The position numbers and the translations under genes were made by a program. From the NCBI GenBank assembly GCA_963709705.1, contig CAVPXU010000013.1, positions 97,047-161,046 of the forward strand: a stretch of 64,000 nucleotides of DNA. Reading direction: 5' to 3'. Origin of the DNA: Candidatus Acidiferrales bacterium. Its GTDB lineage: Bacteria; Acidobacteriota; Terriglobia; Acidiferrales; UBA7541. The notes under the pieces were generated by a model. The model ran no database searches. It worked only from the letters and a program-made list of their open reading frames with translations, and was not told where the DNA came from. This document shows, one piece after another, positions 17,108-24,784 of this stretch (its first letter is position 1; each line of letters opens with the position of its first letter).

Positions 17108-18082
17108 TCATCGGCTGAAAGTAGGAAGGTGCACGATGTCGTTCGGCGGTACGGTTTCTACCGGATTGCCGGCTTTGCGCCATGCTGCCAGGCCGCCGAC
17201 AATCACAAACGCGTTAAATCCCCGTTCCCGCAGCAGGTGCGCCACACGGGCGCTGGTCGCTTCGCGCGGTCAAGTGCAGTACAGATAGATGTCTTTGTCT
17301 CTGGGAAGTATTTTGATTTCCTGCGACAGGTTATTCGGCTCCAGCCGAATCGATCCTCGAATGCGGGCGGCGCCAGGGTCGTAGTAACCGTGACTGCGCA
17401 CATCGGCCAGCAGAACCTTTTCCGCATATTCACTCTGCAGTTTCGCCGCCAGCTCCGTCACTTGTATCCGCGGCACGATGCGGTAAACGCGATGCTTCCA
17501 GTACAGCGTGACGCGATAAGCCATAAACGCGATCACGGCGAGGATCACGACGAACTCCACCGCGTGTCCCGCCGCTTGAAACCCCCGCGCGATCGTCGCG
17601 AAAAAATCGCGGAAGATAAATCCGGCAGCGCCATACGCAAACGCATACGCATTCGCGCCAAGAAAATCCAGCGCCAGAAACTCCGCGAAGGGCATTTTCA
17701 TGCTGCCCGCCAGCGGCGGCGCCATCGAATTAATTCCAGGAATAAATTTGGCCACCACCAACGTGATCCGGCCGCGTTTATAGAAAGATTCCGCCGATCG
17801 CAGAATGCATGTTTCTGGATCGACCGCGATCCGGCACAGAAAACCCAGCAGCCGCCATCCCATATGTTTTCCAAGGATGTACAGCAAGCAATCGCCCAGC
17901 AGCATTGCCGTCACGGCGACCAGCACCGCCGCCGGACCGTGCAGCGCGCCCGATGCCACCGCGGCTCCGCCCGCAACTAATGCCAGCGCCGCGGGCACGG
18001 GAAATCCCAGCGCTTCCGCCAAAACAATCAGAAAAATGACGGCGTATCCGTGGTGTACGATCAGCGCAAGCAGGTCATTCAT
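17108..18082 (-). CDS. DedA/VTT-rhodanese fusion, probable selenoprotein (Sec at TGA 17272-17270; 324 aa)
   Basis: DedA region (IVLAEALGFPVP...VVAKFIPGINSMAPPLAG) followed by a rhodanese domain. After YCT-TGA the frame continues PREATSARVAHLLRERGFNAFVIVGGLAAWRKAGNPVETVPPNDIVHLPTFSR to TGA 17110-17108, completing the fold. Confidence 0.8.
17228..17269 (-). promoter_or_regulatory. Candidate bacterial SECIS element
   Basis: Immediately 3' of the UGA: upper stem GCGCC/GGCGC, 5-nt loop CGUGU starting 22 nt after the UGA with G as second loop base, lower pairings AGC/GCU and CCGC/GCGG. Confidence 0.6.
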
Positions 18083-18160
18083 GGGGTCGCATCGCTAGGT
18101 GACAAGCCTAGCACGCAACCCGCCCGCGGCACGATGCACGCCTGGTTATTGCTGCGATCC

Positions 18161-18757
18161 TCACGAATCGCAGCCAGGTCCACCCGGCGACCCGCACTCT
18201 TTCCACAACTTTTCCCAATTCCACATGCCGGCCCGCACTTGAACAGGCAACGGAAATCCCAGCTGGTGCGCCAGCATGCACACCTGCCCACGATGGTGCG
18301 CTTCGTGAGAAATCATGTAGCACAGCATCTCCGGCCCAACCGGCCACGGCTTGCCCCAGCCATCTCTGCGGAATTTTTCCACGCGGCCGCCACCGTCGCC
18401 GAGCGCTTCCGCAAGCATTTCCTCGCAACGGGCGGCGCTTTCCGCCAATCCCGCGCGGGCCCGCTGCGGCGTGCAGCTTGCGCGCTCCAGTTGATGTGGA
18501 ACCTTCAGGTGCGGCGCCGTTAGCCTGATCCACTTCGTGCGCGCATTGTGCATATGCGTGAAGATCGCCGCAATCGTGCGCGTTTTGCCCGGCGGCTTCG
18601 CTCTCCACGCGGCTGGATCAAGTTGTTCGATCAGCATCTGGTTGATGCGCTCGTTGGCCGCAAAGATCTTCATCGCGGCCCGGCCCAGTGTTGCGGGCTG
18701 GCCCGGCTGAGCGGGAACCTTCTTTTGACGCTTGCTCACGGCTCGCTGCTCCGTCAC
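18161..18757 (-). CDS. DinB family protein
   Basis: IAAIFTHMHNAR and MISHEAHHRGQ His-triad pattern. Confidence 0.85.
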   Translation of the reverse strand: MTEQRAVSKRQKKVPAQPGQPATLGRAAMKIFAANERINQMLIEQLDPAAWRAKPPGKTRTIAAIFTHMHNARTKWIRLTAPHLKVPHQLERASCTPQRARAGLAESAARCEEMLAEALGDGGGRVEKFRRDGWGKPWPVGPEMLCYMISHEAHHRGQVCMLAHQLGFPLPVQVRAGMWNWEKLWKECGSPGGPGCDS

Positions 18758-18783
18758 CTATCATACTTCCGAATTTCACTCAC

Positions 18784-18813
18784 TTTGGAGTGCGGAGGCG
18801 TGCCGACGCTTTT
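18784..18813 (+). repeat. Degenerate REP-like element (TTGGAGTGCGG...CGCTTTT)
   Basis: Imperfect hairpin GCGGAGGC-GT-GCCGACGC flanked by GGAGT and TTTT. Family resemblance is from recall only. Confidence 0.3.
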
Positions 18814-18979
18814 ACGGTCAAAAACGCAATCACCCACACCAAAAACCGTACTAAGGTAATCGCAAAAATACCTACAGGGAAATCCCAGTAGCGGCGGGGC
18901 CAGACCCTTAGGTACCGTAACTTACGGCGCGCGCGGGCTCTTCCGGCGGAGGCGGGCTCGTCCGGGGGAGGTCCCTCTC

Positions 18980-19357
18980 ATGCGTGTCCTCATTGCCGAC
19001 GACCAGGATTTTATTCGCCGCGGCGTGCGCGCGGCGCTTTCCGAAGAGCAAGACATTGAAGTCTGCGCCGAAGCCATTGACGGCGGCGACGCCTTGGCCA
19101 AATCCCTGCAGTTCCGGCCCGACGTCATCATCATGGATATCGTCATGCCCCGCATGGATGGCATCGACGCCATCCGGTTGCTCCGCAAAGCGTTGCCGGA
19201 AGCAAAAATCCTGACCCTGAGCCAGTACGACGTTCCCGAAATGGTGAAGGAAGCCGAGAAAGCCGGCGCCTCCGCCTACCTCTCCAAGCTCCTCATCTGG
19301 GATAAATTGATCCCCTACCTCCGCAGGGTCCAGCACAGCGAAACCTTCTTTTCCTAA
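18980..19357 (+). CDS. Stand-alone response-regulator receiver (NarL-type REC)
   Basis: VLIADD, PDVIIMDIVMPRMDG (phospho-Asp), ILTLS and YLSK motifs. No output domain. Confidence 0.9.
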   Translation: MRVLIADDQDFIRRGVRAALSEEQDIEVCAEAIDGGDALAKSLQFRPDVIIMDIVMPRMDGIDAIRLLRKALPEAKILTLSQYDVPEMVKEAEKAGASAYLSKLLIWDKLIPYLRRVQHSETFFS

Positions 19358-19453
19358 GTCCGAACGCGAATTTGGGCGCCCGATTCTGAGCCGTTTTTGC
19401 GAAGGATGGGTCTTTGAGTTTTCTATTTAGTCTGCGAACGTCGGCGCGCCGAT

Positions 19454-19481
19454 TAAACTTATAACAGTACTTATGTTACTG
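19454..19481 (+). other. dif-like XerC/XerD recombination site
   Basis: TAAACTTATAA-CAGTAC-TTATGTTACTG: 11-6-11 layout with ATAA-N6-TTATGTTA, matching the core of the E. coli dif (GGTGCGCATAA-TGTATA-TTATGTTAAAT). Intergenic, AT-rich, at the G/C skew switch. Confidence 0.55.
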
Positions 19482-19740
19482 GTTGGGTAACCATAATGGC
19501 CCCCGATGGAATGCGCGATGGGATTAGAGGTCATTTGTGAGAGATTGGCCGTGGAGCAGTTGGGCGAACTATTCAGAGAGCAGCGAAGTGTTGCTTGCGA
19601 TTGACACGAGATAGGGAGATAAGAGTACCCGAAGACCCACGCTCCAACACCCGAGAGTGGAGCACCGGGCAGTAGAAGCGGCTGCTGGGCCGCCGCACTC
19701 TAAAGTTGACCCTGGTTGGTTCTGCCTCTACCATCTGTTT

Positions 19741-20559
19741 ATGTCCCTGGCTTACCGAAAGCTTGTACTTTTTGTTGCCTTGGTCTTGGCGGCTGTGCCG
19801 GTCTCGGCGCAATCGGTTGACGAGATCATCACCAATTACATTAATGCGCGCGGCGGGTTGGATAAGATCAAGGCCGTGAAGACGGAGCGCATCACCGGCA
19901 CCATTTCGTTTGGACCAGACGCGGAAGGCCCTTTTTCCGTGGAGCGCAAGCGGCCGTTGCGGCTGCACATGGAAATCACGCTGAACGGGCAAACGCTGAT
20001 TCGCGTTTTCGACGGCAAGGCCGCCGGGTGGATCTACAATCCGTTCCAGCCCAACGCCTCCGTACAGCCGATGAGCGATTACGACCTGAGCAACATATTC
20101 GATGAAGCTGATTTCGATGGCCCGTTTGTGGATTACAGGGACAAGGGCAACAAGATCGAGTACGTGGAAAAAGTGGAAGTGCTCGGCAAGCCCGCGTACA
20201 AATTGAAGCTCACCAGCAAGAAGGGCGATGTCAGCTACTTTTTCTTCGATGCTTCCAGCGCGCTGCTGCTGAAGTGGGAAGGCAACCGCAAGGTGAATGA
20301 GAAAGATGTGCCGTGGGAATCCTTCTTCCATGATTTTCGAGAGGTGAACGGCTTGAAATATCCGTTCCTGGTGGAATCTGACGCGCCGGGAACGGATCAG
20401 ACGCAACGCATCACGGCGGAAAAGATCGAAGTGAACCTGCCGATTGAAGATTCGCAGTTTGAAAAGCCGAATGTGCCTGCCACCGCGGCTTCTCCCGCTG
20501 CGCCTCCCGCCGCGTCGCCGCCCACACCGCCGGCAGCCGGTGCGCCGAAACCGAATTAG
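19741..20559 (+). CDS. LolA-like outer-membrane lipoprotein-sorting-family secreted protein
   Basis: Signal peptide from ATG 19741, ARGGLDKIKAVK, FDGKAAGW, DFREVNGLKYPF motifs, Pro/Ala-rich tail. Confidence 0.75.
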   Translation: MSLAYRKLVLFVALVLAAVPVSAQSVDEIITNYINARGGLDKIKAVKTERITGTISFGPDAEGPFSVERKRPLRLHMEITLNGQTLIRVFDGKAAGWIYNPFQPNASVQPMSDYDLSNIFDEADFDGPFVDYRDKGNKIEYVEKVEVLGKPAYKLKLTSKKGDVSYFFFDASSALLLKWEGNRKVNEKDVPWESFFHDFREVNGLKYPFLVESDAPGTDQTQRITAEKIEVNLPIEDSQFEKPNVPATAASPAAPPAASPPTPPAAGAPKPN

Positions 20560-20580
20560 CACGTTGCATTAGCCGCACCG

Positions 20581-20778
20581 ATGACCGGAAATTCTAAATC
20601 GGAAAATCTGTCCGCCGCGGTTGGTCTTTGCGCCGATTGCCTGCACGCGCGCCCGATTTCTTCTTCTCGCGGGTCGCAATTCCTGCTCTGCCAGCTTTCG
20701 CAATCGGATCCGCGATTCCCCAAATATCCGCGCCTTCCGGTTTTAAGCTGCCCGGGCTACAAGCCGAAACTGCACTGA
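20581..20778 (+). CDS. Small Cys-rich conserved hypothetical protein
   Basis: GLCADCLHA...FLLCQLS..DPRFPKYPRLPVLSCPGY, with four Cys. Confidence 0.7.
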   Translation: MTGNSKSENLSAAVGLCADCLHARPISSSRGSQFLLCQLSQSDPRFPKYPRLPVLSCPGYKPKLH

Positions 20779-20850
20779 TCCAGAGCTCCCCAAATAGTTA
20801 CTATCATTTGTTATTATTTATAAGTATACTGTCGCGCTTGGGAGGCTCTC

Positions 20851-22254
20851 ATGCGTTTTTCCTCTCCGCATCGCTGTCGCCTCGTTCGTTCCGCGTGGTT
20901 AGTCCTTGGTGTAGTTTCTCTCAGCCTCCCAAACCTTTCTGCCGCGCAAGAGCTGAAGATCACCAGCAATCCGCCCGGCGCAACCGTGGAGCTGGATGGA
21001 GTTCCCGCGGGCACAACGCCGTTGGAGAAGAACTTTCCCGGCGGTTATTTCCACCGCACGAAGACCGCGGTCGGCCAGCGGCTGGAACATCCCATGATCG
21101 CGCGCGTTACGCTGCCAGGATTTGTGGTGCACGAGATCGCGCTCACGGAAGGTCCGATGGATTGGATCGATCTTCACGGGCGGCATCACGGGCAATATTG
21201 GCTATTCAAGTCCGACCATTTCGAGGTGAACCTGGAAACCATCGCGGGGACATTCACGGGAGCTGTTTCCGCGGCGAGTGCGGTTCAACCTGCGGCGCTG
21301 CGGCCGTAACTTTCCCTGGAGGCATTGGTTGAGCGCACCAAACCCGCTGTTGTGTGCCTGAAGGCGCTGAACGGTTTTGGTTCGGGCTTCTTCATCACGG
21401 AGACTGGGATTATCGCTACAAATGCGCATGTGGCGCGCGGCGATTCGAGCTTACTTGCGCTACTGCCCAACGGCATGCAACTGCAGGCCAACGTTGTGTA
21501 CATCGATTCCGAGCTCGACCTTGCGCTGGTGAAAGCGGTTGCACCTTCGCCGGATTTTGTGTTTCCGTACCTTTCGCTGGTGGATGCTTCGATGGTGCAT
21601 CAAGGCGAATCCGTGCTGGTGATCGGCAATCCCGGCGATGCGATGCTGTTCAGCGTGACGAAGGGAATCGTAAGCGCTGTCGGCACTTTTCCCGCTGCTG
21701 GTCCGGGAACCTGGATTCAGACGGATGCGCAGATCAATCCGGGAAATTCCGGCGGCCCGCTGGTGAACACGCGAGGCGAAGTGATTGGGTTGAATACGCT
21801 GAAGGTGATCCGCAAGAACGTCACCGGAATTGGCTTCGCGCTCAGCTCCGGCGATCTGCTGACACTTTTGCGGCGGTTTTATCCGGCGATTGCGGCGCCA
21901 CAACAGGCGCAACTGAAAACCGCGTCTCATCTCGCGCAGACATCGGCTGACTCTGAGGAGCTTGCTGCGCCGGCTGCGGCCGAAACTTCCAGCTCCGTTA
22001 CTTCCCCGGCTTCCGCTGGTCCAGTTTCAGAAGGATTTGGCTATCTGACGATTACTTCCGATATGGATTCGGCGGAGATCTTTGTTGACGGGAAATTCCA
22101 CGGCAACGCGCCCGCGAGCCTGAAACTCGCGGCGGGGTCGCATGTTGTGTTGCTGAAATCCGCAGGCTTTCCGGATTACACGCGCACGATCGAGATTCCT
22201 AAAACTAGTAAGCTGACGTTGAAGGCGCTGTTTCTACCGACAGGTTCGCCTTAA
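20851..22254 (+). pseudogene. PEGA - trypsin-like (S1C) serine protease - PEGA protein interrupted by in-frame TAA at 21307-21309
   Basis: ORFs 20851-21309 and 21325-22254 share a frame and are separated only by TAA plus LSLEA. Signal peptide and PEGA (ITSNPPGATVELDG), then GSGFFI, ATNAHV, ELDLALV, INPGNSGGPL, then a C-terminal PEGA. Confidence 0.75.
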
Positions 22255-22403
22255 GGCTCCGGCGTCATTGCCGCGACCATTGCTGTGTGCTAGCATCGGC
22301 CACGTTAAGAAGAGCGGACCAGGGATTCTTCGATTCTCCTTCGCCCCGCTTCACGGGACCCAGGGTAGGGCCGCGCTCTCCTTCAAAAAATCTGCAATTT
22401 CGC

Positions 22404-22428
22404 CAGGCGCGGGCCCGCGCCTGATTTT
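22404..22428 (+). terminator. Perfect 20-bp GC palindrome followed by ATTTT (terminator- or attenuator-like)
   Basis: CAGGCGCGGGCCCGCGCCTG at 22404-22423, between the protease stop and the EF-G2 start. Confidence 0.45.
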
Positions 22429-22484
22429 CGTCGGCGGACCATCGCCCGGTGACTTTGTCAGCCACCCCGATGCGGAGGTCTGTC

Positions 22485-24614
22485 ATGAAGATTTATCCCA
22501 CCAAGGACATAAGAAACGTAGGCATTGTAGGTCACGGCGGCACCGGAAAGACGCAACTGGTGTCGTCGTTATTGTTCACCGCCGGAGCGACCCAGCGCTT
22601 TGGCAAAGTTGCGGAAGGAAGCACCACGACGGATTGGGACGAAGAGGAAATCGCGCGAAAAATATCGATTCAAACAGGTCTGGCCAATGCCGAGTGGCCT
22701 TGCACGCTTTGTTCGGGCAACACCGTCAAGATTAATTTCATCGATCTGCCGGGCTATTCCACTTTCATTACGGAAACGAAGGCTGCGTTGGTGGCCGCGG
22801 ACGCCGCGCTGATCACGGTTGACGCGCACGTTGGCGCTCAGGTGACGACGGAAAAGGTTTGGGATTATTGCGCGGAATACGATATTCCGCGGGCGTTTGT
22901 GTTGACCTGGATGGATCGCGAACTTTCCAGCTTTGAGCGCTCGATGGAATCGCTGACAGAACTTTTTGGGCGCTCGGTGGTTGCGCTGCAGATGCCCATC
23001 GGAAGCGAGAAAGGATTTCGCGGCGTGGTCGATCTTGTTTCCATGAAGGCGCATATGTATACGCCCGATGGGGACGGCAAGGCGACGATTGAAAATATTC
23101 CGGACGCGTTGAAGGACGATGCGGAAGAGGCGCACGAAAAGCTTGTGGAAATGATTGCCGAAGGCGACGACGAAATGATGGAGGAGTTTTTCCGCGAAGG
23201 CACGATTCCGGTACATGATTTGATTCCCGCGGTGCGGAAAGCGATTGTTACGGAAAAGATCGTGCCCGTGCTGATGATCTCGTCTACGCGCAATGTTGGC
23301 AGCGCTAGCTTGCTGACGTTTCTCGCTGATGTTTTCCCGCATCCCGACGAGCACGCGCAGGTCGGCTACACGGAACCCGCAGGGAAGGGCCAGCGCATCG
23401 ATCGCAAGTATGATGATTCGCAGCCGTTGTCGCTGTTTGTCTTTAAGACGCTGGCGGACGCTTTCTCCGGACGCATTAATTATTTCAAGGTGAAGAGCGG
23501 CGTACTGAAGAATGATGCGACGATTCAGAATTTCAACCGCAATGTTCCGGAGCGTTTTCAGCACACAATGATGGTGCAGGGTAAACAGCTGACGGAAATT
23601 CAGGAGCTGCACGCCGGCGATATCGGCGCCATTGCGAAGTTGAAGGAGACCATCACAGGGGACACGTTGGGCGACAAGAATTTACCTATTTTCTACGCGC
23701 CCGCGAATTTGCCAGAGCCTTCGATCACGTTCGCGGTGGAGCCGAAGACACGCGCCGATGAAGACAAAATCGGCGTGGCCATTCATAAAATCATGGAAGA
23801 AGATCCGGCGCTGCGTTTCTCTCGCGATCCACAAACCAAGGAATTTCTGCTGGCGGGCAACGGCCAGCAGCACGTGGAAGTGGTTGTGGCGAAGCTGCAG
23901 AAACGCTACAACGTCAACCTGACCCTGAAGCCGCCCAAGGTTCCTTATCGCGAAACCATCCGCGGCAAGGCCGACGCCGAGGGCAAACACAAAAAACAAT
24001 CCGGCGGGCACGGACAGTTTGGCGTTTGCCGGGTAAAATTCGAGCCGACAGAACGCAACAAGGGGATCGAATTTGTGGACGACGTTTTTGGCGGGGCCAT
24101 TCCCAAAAACTGGATACCCTCCGTCGAGCGTGGCATTCGTGAGGCAGCCGCACGCGGTTATCTGGCCGGTTTTCCGGTGACCGATTTCCGCGCCATCCTG
24201 TATGACGGCAAGTACCACGACGTCGATTCGTCCGATATGGCGTTCAAGATTGCCGGATCGCTTGCGTTCAAGGAAGCCATGAAACAGGCGCGACCGTCGT
24301 TACTCGAGCCTGTCATGCACGTGGAAGTGTATGCCCCCGATCAGTATTCGGGAGACTTGATGGGCGACCTCAGTTCTCGCCGGGGCCGCATCGCGGGCAG
24401 CGAATCGCGCGGCCACAATGTGATCGTGAAGGCGCAGGTGCCGCTTGCGGAAATGCTTTCTTACGCGACGGACCTGACTTCCATGACGCAAGGGCGCGCC
24501 AGTTACTCGATGGAGTTTTCGCACTACGACTACGTGCCCGCGGAGCTGGCCGAAAAGGTGATCGCCACGCACAAAGCTACGCACGGAGAAGCGCTGGTCG
24601 AAGAAGAAGCTTAA
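22485..24614 (+). CDS. fusA: Elongation factor G paralog (EF-G2 type)
   Basis: GHGGTGKT, RKISI, DLPG, EEDP, GQQHVEVV, KVPYRETI, HKKQSGGHGQFG, YHDVDSS and TQGRA motifs. Divergent GTPase motifs point to EF-G2 rather than canonical EF-G1. Confidence 0.9.
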   Translation: MKIYPTKDIRNVGIVGHGGTGKTQLVSSLLFTAGATQRFGKVAEGSTTTDWDEEEIARKISIQTGLANAEWPCTLCSGNTVKINFIDLPGYSTFITETKAALVAADAALITVDAHVGAQVTTEKVWDYCAEYDIPRAFVLTWMDRELSSFERSMESLTELFGRSVVALQMPIGSEKGFRGVVDLVSMKAHMYTPDGDGKATIENIPDALKDDAEEAHEKLVEMIAEGDDEMMEEFFREGTIPVHDLIPAVRKAIVTEKIVPVLMISSTRNVGSASLLTFLADVFPHPDEHAQVGYTEPAGKGQRIDRKYDDSQPLSLFVFKTLADAFSGRINYFKVKSGVLKNDATIQNFNRNVPERFQHTMMVQGKQLTEIQELHAGDIGAIAKLKETITGDTLGDKNLPIFYAPANLPEPSITFAVEPKTRADEDKIGVAIHKIMEEDPALRFSRDPQTKEFLLAGNGQQHVEVVVAKLQKRYNVNLTLKPPKVPYRETIRGKADAEGKHKKQSGGHGQFGVCRVKFEPTERNKGIEFVDDVFGGAIPKNWIPSVERGIREAAARGYLAGFPVTDFRAILYDGKYHDVDSSDMAFKIAGSLAFKEAMKQARPSLLEPVMHVEVYAPDQYSGDLMGDLSSRRGRIAGSESRGHNVIVKAQVPLAEMLSYATDLTSMTQGRASYSMEFSHYDYVPAELAEKVIATHKATHGEALVEEEA

Positions 24615-24628
24615 TTTGCAAGTTGGTT

Positions 24629-24678
24629 CAGGGGGCCCCGCACGCACGGTGATACTGTGTGCGGGGCCCCTGGGTTTT
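24629..24678 (+). terminator. Intrinsic terminator after EF-G2
   Basis: Long imperfect hairpin CAGGGGGCCCCGCACGCACGGT-GAT-ACTGTGTGCGGGGCCCCTG followed by GGTTTT. Confidence 0.7.
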
Positions 24679-24784
24679 CGGAAGACGGGAGTATCTGTTG
24701 AGATCACTCTGCTATCCTCATCGGATAGCATCAGAATGGCAGTCCGGTGGTGGGTTTCGCTTTAGAAAAGGAGCATCCATCCGT

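Noticed and set aside
19358-19740. Intergenic region as oriC
   Set aside because: The skew polarity would fit, but I found no TTATNCACA boxes, DnaA-trio array or dnaA/dnaN/gidA context. Left open only as an alternative in the skew finding.
22363-22370. KOPS motifs (GGGTAGGG here; CCCTCCCC at 62511-62518) as evidence for terminus orientation
   Set aside because: Only two noticed and they point in opposite directions, so they are uninformative.
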